From: Candidatus Poseidoniales archaeon
GTDB taxonomy: Archaea > Thermoplasmatota > Poseidoniia > Poseidoniales > Poseidoniaceae
Assembly: GCA_009887195.1 (NCBI GenBank)
Contig: QXXX01000073.1
Location: forward strand, 2,000-65,999
Reading direction: 5' to 3'
Length of the DNA: 64,000 bases
The notes below the pieces were generated by a model. That model searched no databases. It was not told the origin of the DNA and worked only from the letters and a program-made list of their open reading frames with translations. Below, one piece after another: positions 29,755-40,800 of this stretch (its first letter is position 1; each line of letters starts with the position of its first letter). The translations under genes were made by a program, and so were the position numbers.

Positions 29755-30456
29755 ATGGAATGGCCCAGAGAAGTATTTTCTAAATCCCTGTTCCCTAGCT
29801 TATCTCATTCCTCATCAGCAACCATTCCAGTACTGCCAGAGTCTGGGCCGTCATGGACTATTCTTGACAAAACATCACCTAACTCCTTGCAACAACAAAT
29901 CGACAAATTGGTTAGCAGTCACCCAAATTCACAAGATCATAAGTCATTCTCATCAACAATTACCTTTGATCAAAGTAACGGCCCAGTAATTATCGAACAC
30001 GGTGCGATAATAGAACCCTCAACTCATTTCATAGGCCCATGCTATATTGCTAAAGAGGCCGTAATTAGGCACGGAGCATATGTTAGAGAATATTCTTGGA
30101 TTTGCTCCAAAGCTGTAGTTGGGCATGCTTCAGAAGTGAAACACTCAATTTTACTCCCGGGAGCCAAAGCCCCCCACTTCAATTATGTTGGAGATTCGAT
30201 ACTTGGTACCGCAGTCAATCTTGGGGCAGGTGTAAAACTGAGCAATTTGAGAAATGACGGGGCAGAAGTAATCCTAAGAATAGGCGATGATCGAAGACCA
30301 AGTGGTTTAAGGAAATTCGGGGCGATATTAGGAGAGGGTTGCCAATTAGGTTGTAATGCAGTAACAAATCCTGGCACCATATTAGGCTGTAATAGTACGG
30401 TCTGGCCAAATGTTACGGTCACGGGTGTTTATCCAGAAGATTCCAACCATAGGTGA
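29755..30456 (+). CDS. Left-handed beta-helix (hexapeptide-repeat) protein resembling the C-terminal acyltransferase domain of sugar-1-phosphate nucleotidyltransferases (GlmU-C-like)
   Basis: Hexapeptide repeats run from about residue 90 (GAKAPHFNYVGDSILGTAVNLGAGVKLSNLRNDGAEVILRIGDD). The N-terminal 80 aa are Ser-rich and low in complexity, and no nucleotidyltransferase domain is present. It overlaps the next gene by 4 nt. Confidence 0.5.
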   Translation: MEWPREVFSKSLFPSLSHSSSATIPVLPESGPSWTILDKTSPNSLQQQIDKLVSSHPNSQDHKSFSSTITFDQSNGPVIIEHGAIIEPSTHFIGPCYIAKEAVIRHGAYVREYSWICSKAVVGHASEVKHSILLPGAKAPHFNYVGDSILGTAVNLGAGVKLSNLRNDGAEVILRIGDDRRPSGLRKFGAILGEGCQLGCNAVTNPGTILGCNSTVWPNVTVTGVYPEDSNHR

Positions 30457-32117
30457 TATTGATGGTTGATAACCTATTTGGCACTGATGGAATTCGCGGA
30501 TTAGTTAATTTAGAGCAGGTTGATGATAAAACTGCAATAAGCAGATTAGTTGAGCAACGAGAGGTCCATCCGGCAATAATGAAACTTATCGGGGAGTCAC
30601 TTGGCCGAATAATCAACCAACATCCGCAAGAAAAAATGATTGTAGTAGTAGGATGGGATGATCGCCCTGCTAATATGAAACTTGCAGAGTCGCTAACTAT
30701 TGGACTAAATCTTGCCGAATTTGAAGTGGTGCAAATAGGGCTATGCGCCACCCCGACGCTGCACTTAGCAACCTTGTCCCACAATGCAGAATTCGGTTGT
30801 ATGATAACAGCCAGTCATAATCCAGTCGAGGATTCAGGTCTCAAAATTTTCAATAGGTATGGTTACAAAACAACACCTAAGTTTGAGCAAACGCTGTCGC
30901 ACACACTAATCACTTTAGCCCAAGAAGAGCGAGAATTAGACCAACAGGATATTGAATTTTTACAACAGCCAGCAAAACGATTTGAGTTAAGAGAATGGAC
31001 TATTCCAGAACATAGAAAATGGTTAGAAAATAGAGCTACAACTCTTGCCTCATCGGTGAATTATCAAAAATTGATTAGCTCAACCAAATTAAACACTCCA
31101 CTACTAATCGACTCATCTAAAGGAACCGCAAGTATTTGGTTCGCAGAGTGGTTGTCTGCTTGGGGCATTGAAGCGAGAGAAGTAAGTGCTGAAGCAGTGG
31201 CCATGAATCTTAATTGCGGGGCTGGAGATTTTTCTCCTACGCAAACTTGGACATTTGATGAAGCGCAGAATTCACCCCACCTGTTAATTCAAAAACTACC
31301 TAAATGTGGGCCTGGATTAATTGTAGCTGCTGCATTGGATGGTGATGGCGACCGATGTTTGTTAATTGAAACCACTAAAACAGGATATCAGGTCATTGAT
31401 GGCGATCGTATCGCTGATACCTTGGTTAATAGTGTTACCAAAGCCGGGCAATCATGGACTTTAGCAGCAAGCATTGAATCGGATTTATCGCTTACAACTA
31501 ACTTAGACCGGTTTCAAAGTATAGTACATCCCCTCGAAACAGCAGTTGGCGACCGATGGCTCTCCTTTGCACTATCTGGTCAAGAATCTAACCACGTATA
31601 TTTTGATAGCGTCGATATGCCAACTGTAATTGGTGTAGAGGATTCTGGACATATCGTTCTTGCCGCTCCTCACCCTAATTCGAGTAATCAATGGTCATTG
31701 GTCGGAGATGGAACAATGACATTAGTTGCCTATCTCATCGCAATTCATACCTGTGATGAGACAAATTTGATGAAAAGAGGTTGGAAGAAGCGGCAATCAG
31801 TGAAGAATGTAGACCGTGGTAAATGGGACGGCAAGAATCAATTATCAGACGACATAGAGCACTTGCTGAAACAAACCCTAACCACTCACAATTCTGTTGT
31901 TAATTGGTCCAGAGGAACAATTAGCGGTGAGCCAAACTTGATGGCAATCACGTGTAATTATGGCGGCAACATGCTGTCTATTGGAATAAGAAATAGCGGG
32001 ACTCAGGCAAAAATTTCAGTTTCCGCAAGGCTAGAATATGGCGGTGATTCCAACGGTATCCAAACCGCAATAGATTCGGTATGCCAGCAACTAGCCAAAA
32101 TCATGGTTATCCATTGA
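30453..32117 (+). CDS. glmM: Phosphohexomutase (phosphoglucosamine mutase / phosphomannomutase family)
   Basis: Has the active-site Ser motif ITASHNPVEDSGLKIF (TASHNP) and Mg-binding DGDGDR. At 554 aa it is about 100 aa longer than typical GlmM. Confidence 0.75.
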   Translation: MILMVDNLFGTDGIRGLVNLEQVDDKTAISRLVEQREVHPAIMKLIGESLGRIINQHPQEKMIVVVGWDDRPANMKLAESLTIGLNLAEFEVVQIGLCATPTLHLATLSHNAEFGCMITASHNPVEDSGLKIFNRYGYKTTPKFEQTLSHTLITLAQEERELDQQDIEFLQQPAKRFELREWTIPEHRKWLENRATTLASSVNYQKLISSTKLNTPLLIDSSKGTASIWFAEWLSAWGIEAREVSAEAVAMNLNCGAGDFSPTQTWTFDEAQNSPHLLIQKLPKCGPGLIVAAALDGDGDRCLLIETTKTGYQVIDGDRIADTLVNSVTKAGQSWTLAASIESDLSLTTNLDRFQSIVHPLETAVGDRWLSFALSGQESNHVYFDSVDMPTVIGVEDSGHIVLAAPHPNSSNQWSLVGDGTMTLVAYLIAIHTCDETNLMKRGWKKRQSVKNVDRGKWDGKNQLSDDIEHLLKQTLTTHNSVVNWSRGTISGEPNLMAITCNYGGNMLSIGIRNSGTQAKISVSARLEYGGDSNGIQTAIDSVCQQLAKIMVIH

Positions 32118-35100
32118 TGATAGTTTTCTCATATGTCTGGTTCAAGTAAGTCACAATACCAAGCAACACAGATGAAGCGATTAACACTGCTAACATTGTT
32201 TCTATTCCAGCACCAGTGCTGAATAATACCATTGCAACAATCCAAGATAGTATCATATCTATTGCACCAAATACCCTCCATGCCTTCCTCATAGTGAGGA
32301 TACCGCTTACCCATGAGGTAGTTGAACAGATAATCAACAATACCGAAACGATTAGCAAACTGCCCCAGCCAAAGCCGGCTGGGATTAGCATCAAATGCAT
32401 CGACCATAAGCCACCAGCAAGCCAAATTCCGGAATCAGATATGATGGTCCAAACAACAAATAATATGCTTATCAAACCAGTTATTGTTGCGATTAGGTGA
32501 ATTCCAGGCACTGCTAATCCAGCGAGTTCAAAAGTCCAAAATGCAAGTCCTGTGAAGCTAAATGGAATCATTAACCACGATACCATAACTGCAGCCGGTT
32601 GCGTCCAATTCCATCCTCGGCGAAGCACCATGACAATAGCTAAGATTCCTGCAAAACCCACGGAAATCAATCCAGCAAAGATTACCCAAGCAGCTCTGCC
32701 TGCTGCCCCTCGGTGGTCTTCTAGTCCCCGCCTAATCCGTTGACCTTCAACCCAGTCGTAGGCTATGACACAAATGACCAGTACAATCTCAACAAACAAT
32801 AATGGCAAAGTCCAATCAATAATTCCCCCATCTAATGGATTTACCTGATACATAACAGGTACTTCTCCGCCAATAATCAAGGCCATGATGCGATCCATAA
32901 CCAGCAGGTAAACCACACCTTCAACGGCATTAGGGATTCTTAATCCTAGGTCATTCCTGCCAACTAGGCCAATACTTGCTAATGTGCAAAGCCCCGCAGT
33001 AATTACCGCCAAGTGTTTGGCGTCATCAAGACCGACAACTGAATCCGAGATTCTTCCGGCTAAATGGACTAATACCAGTCCAACCATCGAGATTGCAATT
33101 GGCAGTTCAATTCCAGCGATATCCGGTAAACGTAAACCGATTTCGTTGGCTCGCAGCCTTGCCAGAGCAATAAACAGAATTGAAACTACTACACAAAATG
33201 CCAAGACCAAGTAAGACATTGATGTAGTGAAAGCGATGAAAGTTGAAGCAAGAATCGTGGTAATTAGGAACGCAATTACAATAACAGGTCGATGATGAAT
33301 ATCGCCAATTTCTAAATCATACTGGGCAGAAGTTCCGGCCCTCTTCGCTCGTTTTCGTTGTTTTTCAGCCAAATCAAGCATTTCGACGTCAATCATTTTC
33401 AGTTTAGCCTTGTTATCTTGTAACTCATCAACAGATTTTGCAACGTCCTCAATAGATGCTTGAACATCGATAAATTTTTCTAACCGCTCACGCTTTTCTT
33501 GAATTTTCTTCAACCGCTCTTCACGCTTTGCGATAGAACGCAACTCAGTTCTAAATTCACCCTGTAGGGCCAAGTAAGCACCGGAGCCGAGGAATGCTAA
33601 GACTGTAGCAAGCGTTACAATAGAGGATTCTTTCACTTGGGCAGCATACCCCATTATGACCAATAATCCAACAGCAGCCATCGCTGGGGGCAACAATTTC
33701 TCAAGGGTTGCAGCCCTCTTCAGGTATAGCGCTAAAGCCACCAAAGTGATGGCGGTGATAGTGTATAAATTCAATTCCTCGCTCAATAAAAATCCATCAC
33801 CGTCTAGCGTCATTAAATTAAGCGGTTCTAGGGCAATTACGATGAAGAAACCAGATAGTAAGCCCATCATTAAGGTTAATAATTGCCCTGGTAAAGCCTC
33901 GGCCTTCTTCAACAATTCGTCACTAAGTCCAGCTTTCTTCATCTTGTCAGATGCCAATAATAGGATGCCGCAAGAAATAACTAATGTTCCAGCCCATATT
34001 GCTTCTTGACCATAACTCCATGACAATGCGATGGTTGATGCGCCCCAAATGGTCATCAATGTTCTTGGGCGACCTTTGTGCTTGTCTAGGTAGACCATGA
34101 TAGAATGACTGATCATCAATAACGTTAGCATGGAAAATAGCCCAATGGCTGGTAATGCACTTGGCCTGGTAATTGACCAAGTAACAAATAGTGCCAATAA
34201 GAAACTCAAGTTCCATAATTGCAATACCTCAGAATCACGAATCCGCGCACCTAATTCTGACATTCCGCTTAACCTAGAGGCCAAGTTGAATCCGGTTTCA
34301 CCATGCTTCACATTCACCCAAATTTGTTGGGAAAGCAAGACTAGCATCCAAACTGCCAAATCATATTGGTCAATAGAAATTGGAATGTAGTCAGCCGAAA
34401 CCAACCGGCTTTCAACATCAGTAGCAAAAAACAGTAGCCAAACCCATGGCCCTACCACGGCAGTACCGGCAATTGAAGGGGAGTCTCGACGCATCGATAA
34501 CTGTGCTAATCCCACCCACACAATTCCTTGGCTGACAAGAAGAGTTCTAGACCCGCTTGCCGCATCATCGGCCGGAATTAGTAATGTTAGTAGAAATACA
34601 ATCAACAGGCCACCAGCCCATAAGACGTGGTCAGACACTGCTGTTTGATTTTTCAACAACGCACTCGCTGTTAATGCTGCAGTTAATCCCGCATAAATGC
34701 TGTATGGGCCGAGTCCAAATGGAATCGATAAGTCCAGTGCACCACTTTCAAGAATTGACAACATAAACAGCAGAATTGGCGCCGGCATCACAATTAACGG
34801 CAATAATTTAGTCCACTCAACGCCTCTCACAACAAGATATGATGCGCTAAAAGCGGTGAGCAGCAATACTAGTTGGGCCAAAGCGTAACCAGTTTCTAGG
34901 CGGTTTGCTGCAACCGCTAATAGTGCCCCAATCATGCCAAGTCCAACAGATACTGACCATAGGCCAGGTTTGCCTAACCCTAAGGATTTGAAGGCATCTG
35001 AAAACCAATTGTCCTTATCGACAAATTTGGCCGCAATAGTTGAATTAGTTGCAGTAACGCAAACCATCAGTAAAAAGAGTAGTAATTCATCCTCAAACGG

Positions 35101-36030
35101 TAATATTTCTAATCCAAAGATCACCCAATTATCTGATATTGCATGCATGCCAACCCATAGGTATGATACGGCAACACCCATACTAGCAAGATTGCCAGAG
35201 TTTCTTACGATCGCTAACCCATGTAGCATTATAGTGCCTAAACCAATCATTATGGCGACACCAAACTCTCCGTACAAAGCACCAGCAGCACTACCAACAA
35301 TTAGCAGAATCAACGTAGCCTGCGCCGCAATCGCATCCTCATCATGACGCTGAGCAATACCGATGTTGAGAACTACTCCCAGTAGTAATAATGCGCCAAG
35401 AATATTATCTTCTGATGCAAAACCAAGTTCATCTAACCAACCCCAATGCCACATATCTAGGATTAACCCATAAATGAGTTTCATTGAGATAATAACCCAT
35501 GTCACGCCAAGAATCCTCATATTAGGGTTAGGGATCCATTTTTCACCCAGATATAATCCCATTATGGCCATTGTAGTTAGTCCAATAGCGCCAAGTACCG
35601 GGTTTAGTATTGTGCCAACAATAGTCCCGATTAAGGACCATGAAAAGACCATAGCAATCAACAGGCCAAAACCAAGCCGCTTTTCGCCATGAACTGCTAA
35701 ATCTGTGACGCTATCTATTTCTGGAGCACTATTTACCGTGCCGTCCTTTTGAATGGCCCCAGGGCGCTCAAAGTCTTCTGCACCCTTCGAAAAAATCTCT
35801 GCCACTTCCCCTATGGCGATGTCAGTTTCTTTTTCTTCAACGCCAGTTTCCCAAACCGATGTCTTTTCATCTTCTTGTTCAATCATGAAAGAGGAGATGT
35901 CTAGGCCCCTGGCTCGAGAAAAGGATTGCTTTCTGATGACTTCATCCCGCTTGTTAACGGGCTTATCTGCGATGTCTTCAGCATCAGAATCATCAGACAT
36001 GTAACTAAGGCTTTGACTACTGCTATTCAA
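32107..36030 (-). CDS. Giant polytopic membrane protein (1307 aa, about 30 or more TM helices) with an acidic cytoplasmic N-terminus and a central charged coiled-coil; no family recognised
   Basis: The ORF is uninterrupted. Its N-terminal 120 aa are acidic (DDSDAEDIADKP...), followed by continuous hydrophobic helices. A roughly 90-aa segment of Lys/Arg/Glu heptad-like sequence (KREERLKKIQEKRERLEKFIDVQASIEDVAKSVDELQDNKAKLKMIDVEMLDLAEKQRKRAKR) separates two TM blocks. Confidence 0.6.
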   Translation of the reverse strand: MNSSSQSLSYMSDDSDAEDIADKPVNKRDEVIRKQSFSRARGLDISSFMIEQEDEKTSVWETGVEEKETDIAIGEVAEIFSKGAEDFERPGAIQKDGTVNSAPEIDSVTDLAVHGEKRLGFGLLIAMVFSWSLIGTIVGTILNPVLGAIGLTTMAIMGLYLGEKWIPNPNMRILGVTWVIISMKLIYGLILDMWHWGWLDELGFASEDNILGALLLLGVVLNIGIAQRHDEDAIAAQATLILLIVGSAAGALYGEFGVAIMIGLGTIMLHGLAIVRNSGNLASMGVAVSYLWVGMHAISDNWVIFGLEILPFEDELLLFLLMVCVTATNSTIAAKFVDKDNWFSDAFKSLGLGKPGLWSVSVGLGMIGALLAVAANRLETGYALAQLVLLLTAFSASYLVVRGVEWTKLLPLIVMPAPILLFMLSILESGALDLSIPFGLGPYSIYAGLTAALTASALLKNQTAVSDHVLWAGGLLIVFLLTLLIPADDAASGSRTLLVSQGIVWVGLAQLSMRRDSPSIAGTAVVGPWVWLLFFATDVESRLVSADYIPISIDQYDLAVWMLVLLSQQIWVNVKHGETGFNLASRLSGMSELGARIRDSEVLQLWNLSFLLALFVTWSITRPSALPAIGLFSMLTLLMISHSIMVYLDKHKGRPRTLMTIWGASTIALSWSYGQEAIWAGTLVISCGILLLASDKMKKAGLSDELLKKAEALPGQLLTLMMGLLSGFFIVIALEPLNLMTLDGDGFLLSEELNLYTITAITLVALALYLKRAATLEKLLPPAMAAVGLLVIMGYAAQVKESSIVTLATVLAFLGSGAYLALQGEFRTELRSIAKREERLKKIQEKRERLEKFIDVQASIEDVAKSVDELQDNKAKLKMIDVEMLDLAEKQRKRAKRAGTSAQYDLEIGDIHHRPVIVIAFLITTILASTFIAFTTSMSYLVLAFCVVVSILFIALARLRANEIGLRLPDIAGIELPIAISMVGLVLVHLAGRISDSVVGLDDAKHLAVITAGLCTLASIGLVGRNDLGLRIPNAVEGVVYLLVMDRIMALIIGGEVPVMYQVNPLDGGIIDWTLPLLFVEIVLVICVIAYDWVEGQRIRRGLEDHRGAAGRAAWVIFAGLISVGFAGILAIVMVLRRGWNWTQPAAVMVSWLMIPFSFTGLAFWTFELAGLAVPGIHLIATITGLISILFVVWTIISDSGIWLAGGLWSMHLMLIPAGFGWGSLLIVSVLLIICSTTSWVSGILTMRKAWRVFGAIDMILSWIVAMVLFSTGAGIETMLAVLIASSVLLGIVTYLNQTYEKTIING

Positions 36031-36074
36031 TACTCGCCCCTATTTGGGATAATTTTTTACTAATTTGGCGGCAG

Positions 36075-37760
36075 TTGTATAAGGCCCAAATCACAATTTT
36101 TTGGGGTACTTGCATGCGAAAAGGACAAAGACAACCTTTGACACGATTTGGTATGGCCGACACATTAGGTGAGCCGAAAGGCGACCTTTCCGAGCACGGA
36201 TTAGATTGTGCGGGGAGCATCCACTGGAATTTACCTGTGGAGACACTAGTTGAATTGGCAGTCTCTCGAGGCGAAGGAGTATACAGTGCTCACAAAGCTT
36301 TGGTTACTGAAACCGGTGAAAGAACCGGGAGGTCGCCCAACGACAAATACATCGTCGATGAGGCGAGCACGAATGGCGACATTAATTGGGGAGACGTCAA
36401 CGTTTCAACTGATTTGGAGACCTTCAACAGGATGAGAGCGAAAGTAGTTGACTACTTATCCAAGCAGCAAAATCTATTTGTTCAAGATTTATATTGTGGT
36501 GCCGACTTTAGCGAAGCACTACCAATACGCGTCATCAATCAAAATGCTTGGCATAATGCATTTGCTAGAAATATGTTCATCAGGCCAAGTGCAGACCAAA
36601 TGGATCAGCATTCACCTGAGTTTACGGTATTCCACGCACCACATTACGAAGCAAATGCTGAACATGATGGGCTAAACTCTCAGTGCTTTGTGATGGTTAA
36701 CTATGAAGCCAAAGAAGTCATTATTGGTGGAACAAGATATGCTGGAGAGATTAAAAAATCAATCTTTTCTGTGATGAATTTAATTTTACCAAAAAAAGGC
36801 ATCCTTCCAATGCACTGTTCAGCTAATACCACTGGTGAAAACACGGCAATTTTCTTTGGCTTGTCCGGAACAGGGAAAACCACCTTGTCTGCCGATCCTA
36901 AGCGCGCTTTAATCGGCGATGATGAACATGGCTGGGGGGCTAATGGAGTGTTTAATTTCGAAGGTGGTTGTTATGCCAAATTAATTGATTTATCCGAAGA
37001 AGATGAACCAGCAATTTTTGGCACAACTAGAAAATTTGGCTCAATTCTAGAAAACATCGTAATGGATGATAACGGCGTACCAGATTTCCATGACACCTCT
37101 AAAACTCAGAACACTAGGGGTTCATATCCGATAGAATTCATTGATAACCGAACCTCGGATTCCAAAGGAGGACACCCACAAAACGTAATTTTCCTTACTT
37201 GTGACGCATTTGGCGTTCTACCCCCGATTTCTAAGTTAAGCCCAGATCAAGCAGCATACCACTTTATCTCAGGCTATACCGCCAAAGTTGCAGGAACTGA
37301 AATTGGCGTAAAAGAGCCACAAGCGACGTTTTCGGCATGTTTTGGCGAGCCATTTATGCCCATGCACCCAGGCGTTTATGCCGACTTACTCTCACAAAAA
37401 ATGGAACAACATAACGCCACAGCTTGGCTAATCAACACCGGTTGGTCTGGAGGCCCTTATGGCGTTGGTAACCGAATGAAGATTAAGTACACAAGAGCAA
37501 TGTTGAATGCTGCACTAGATGGAGATTTAGAAGACGTGGAATATGTCAAGGATAATAGATTTGGTTTTGAAGTTCCCACCTCATGTCCAGGGGTGCCAAG
37601 CGACGTATTGCAGCCCATTAAAACGTGGAGTAATTCATCTGATTACAATGCCACAGCAGATAATCTAGCAAGTATGTTTATCGAGAACTTCAAACGCTAT
37701 CAGCAAGGAGTCTCAGAAGCAGTAAATGCCTCTTCCCCTAAACCACTGCCTGTTAACTGA
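36075..37760 (+). CDS. pckA: Phosphoenolpyruvate carboxykinase (ATP)
   Basis: Has the kinase-1a P-loop FFGLSGTGKTTLSADP, IGDDEHGW, and the TGRSPNDKYIV N-terminal motif. The likely true start is the internal Met at about 36153 (MADTLGEP), which leaves room for a divergent promoter. Confidence 0.85.
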   Translation: MYKAQITIFWGTCMRKGQRQPLTRFGMADTLGEPKGDLSEHGLDCAGSIHWNLPVETLVELAVSRGEGVYSAHKALVTETGERTGRSPNDKYIVDEASTNGDINWGDVNVSTDLETFNRMRAKVVDYLSKQQNLFVQDLYCGADFSEALPIRVINQNAWHNAFARNMFIRPSADQMDQHSPEFTVFHAPHYEANAEHDGLNSQCFVMVNYEAKEVIIGGTRYAGEIKKSIFSVMNLILPKKGILPMHCSANTTGENTAIFFGLSGTGKTTLSADPKRALIGDDEHGWGANGVFNFEGGCYAKLIDLSEEDEPAIFGTTRKFGSILENIVMDDNGVPDFHDTSKTQNTRGSYPIEFIDNRTSDSKGGHPQNVIFLTCDAFGVLPPISKLSPDQAAYHFISGYTAKVAGTEIGVKEPQATFSACFGEPFMPMHPGVYADLLSQKMEQHNATAWLINTGWSGGPYGVGNRMKIKYTRAMLNAALDGDLEDVEYVKDNRFGFEVPTSCPGVPSDVLQPIKTWSNSSDYNATADNLASMFIENFKRYQQGVSEAVNASSPKPLPVN

Positions 37761-37801
37761 ATAACCGTACTTTGATAACTTAGCGGCGCGCACAAGAACT
37801 T

Positions 37802-40800
37802 GTGAGAGCCATGCGTAATCTACGATTTTTAGTTGGAATTATGTTCATTATTACTGCATTATCGCCGATAATGAGTACCTACAATCCGCTAAGTTTGGAA
37901 ACCTTTGAGCAAGAAGAAAGCCAGAACCCATTTGGTGAACCAGTATTGTTAGATGAGTTAAGAAAAGACCTCAAAAATGCAGTAGGAGCGCCATGTCCAG
38001 CCATACAGAACGATGGCGGGTCTCCAGGTGACGCAGGAAATGCGACAACCAACACTGCCAAGGACCTAGGCTCGAACCCAACCGATTCGTTTACTAGTTG
38101 TGCAGATACGACCGACATTGAGGATTGGTATGAATTTACCATGGATCAAGATTACAATATCGAAGTAACCATGTCTAATTATGCAAATGATTATGATTTA
38201 TACCTTGCATATGAAGACAATGGATCTTACGTTGCTATCGATGCATCAGAGTACGGGGATCCAGAAGAATCGGTTTCCACCACAGGAAGCGCCAACGAAT
38301 CTACTCCTGGAACATATTGGGTCGTTGTGTTCCCATACAACGCAGGTGGCGGCTCATCAATTGGCGACTATGATTTGGACATTTGGACAAACTACACTGA
38401 ATCATGTGTCGATTGGTACTCGCCACAGAATGATGGAAATACTGGACAAGATGCGCCGCAGAATTGGTCAGAATCCCCAACCAATATGGGCAATAACGTG
38501 ACTGCTAGTTATACAGGCTGCCTTGATGGCGCAGATGGAGGCGACGTTTTCGCTTTTGACGTGCCGGTAAATCACACTATTACCGCAACTTTAACCATGG
38601 ATTCAGGAGTTGACTTTGAATTAATCATGCATCAACCCAATGGCTCAATTATCGACGTATCAGCGAATTCCGCAGGAGTTGATGAATTCGTCACATCAGT
38701 AGATACAACATTCGAAAATCAACCAGGAACATATTTTGTAAATATTTCACACTTTTCTGGAAGTGGCAACTACACACTTGATATCTGGACAAATTATAGC
38801 GTACCAACTCCAAACCTAGCTATCGATAATGTTAGTTTTGGGCTAGCAGCAAACCCAGGCGATGTAGTACCTTTCGACATAACAGTAATCAATGACGGTA
38901 CTTTAGAGTTAACAGATTCTTTCATGGCAGAAGTTATCCTAAGCGTTGACTCGGGACAAACTTGGGTAGACCATAATCTCGGTAATGCAACTTGGACTTC
39001 TGGACTGGCAATTAATGCCACCCAAGTTATTACGATTAACGGAGCAATACCAACAAATATTGTTGAGGGGGAATACAATGTATTTATTGTCCTTGACTCA
39101 GAAGAAATGGTGACTGAAAAGAATGAAGCAGATAATGTCGAGTTAGCCGATGACACACTTGAAATCGGTAATTCTGTTAACGCTTGTGCAACTCCGCAAG
39201 ATGATGCAGCATCAGGCTCTGATATTGGTGAAACCGTTGCAACATCTTTTGATTTAGGGACAGACCCGGAATTAGAGGTAAGAGGTTGTATTGACTCTAC
39301 TGATGAAGCCGACCTTTACAAGGTGACAATTACTCCAAACCAACCGCTTGAAGTAACCTTGGTAACTGCGCCAATTGATGGTGCAGACTTCGATTTGAGA
39401 CTTCTTTTACCAAACGGAACTGCAATTGACACAAGCTTGTCTCTTGGTGACGATTTCGTCACCTTAGAAGGCTCTGATTACGAAAATACCGCAGGTGACT
39501 ATTACATCAATGTCACTTATTGGGGCGGCTTTGGTACAAGTAATCCTGGTGGGACCTACCGATTACTAGTTGGCGAACCAGACCAATCAACATATGTTCC
39601 ACCGTTTACCTGTGGCAATCAAAACGACCTTGGCTTAGGCCAAGATGCTAGTTCATCCGGAATCCCGCTTGGGACAAATAATCCAATCAGTGGTACAGGT
39701 TGTTTGAGCAATTCAGATACTGAAGATGTATACAGTTTCACCATTGACGATTACTACAACACAGAAGTTAGATTCAATGCTTCTATGTCTACACCTTTCA
39801 CCGCTACACTAACCAACAGTGCTGGCAACTTAGTGGCATCAGTGGACAACATGAGCTACGGATTAGTCTTTGAGTCGATGGATAATGAGACCTATGAAGG
39901 GCAAACAACAACATACACGCTAACGGTTGACTCTAACGGTGGCCAAGGCGATTATGATGTTGAACTCGTAGTTGTTAACCCTGCACTACCAGACCTGATT
40001 CCAGAATCACTATCGTGCCCAACTTCTGAAGTATATACCGATGAAGAGGTAACTACCCAATGGATAATCCACAATGCACGAGGTCCAGCATTTGGGCAAA
40101 GCATGGTTGTTCTAATTGAGCTGGTTGACTCAGATAACGTAACACTTACTACAATGTATTCTTCTGAAGTAGAATCTGAAAACCCAAGTACAACCAACGC
40201 AATGTCATATGAGCAATCTAGTGTACAAGATAGTTATGCATTCTTTACCATTCCAACAGATACCCCATCAGGGGATTACCGCTGTAAGCTAATTATTGAC
40301 AGTAATAATGATGTCACTGAAGCCAATGAATCTAACAACGTTCACTTTTCTGAACCATTCTATGTTCAAAATGAAGATGAATTATGGGCCAATGATGTAG
40401 ACAAAGACGGTTTCAATTCAACCGATGCTGGAGACGGAATTATCGACGACTGTCCTAATAATCCAGGCACCTCAACTGTCGACAGATATGGCTGCCCAGA
40501 TCTTGATAGTGATGGAGTTTCCAATGATAATGATATCCTGCCAAATGATATGTCCCAGTGGTATGACACCGATGGCGACGGATTTGGTGATAACCCAGAT
40601 GGTACTAACGGTGACCAATGTCCAGCCGTTGCTGGAGTCTTTTCGGGAGATGATGGCGTTGGTTGTCCAATTCTAGATTTGGATTTGGACGGGGTTCTCA
40701 ATGAAAACGACTTGTGCCCAGAGACGCCAATAGGAGTGATAGTTGGTTCCGATGGTTGTGAGTTGCCAGATGAACCGGGCGACAACACAACAGGTCCAAC

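Noticed and set aside
38794-40788. Several 80-140-aa ORFs on the minus strand inside the 1138-aa surface protein gene (38794-39156, 39952-40197, 40366-40788), plus similar ones inside the 1307-aa membrane protein gene.
   Set aside because: They are entirely antisense to long, motif-rich genes, have low-complexity Ser/Pro composition, and are typical shadow ORFs.
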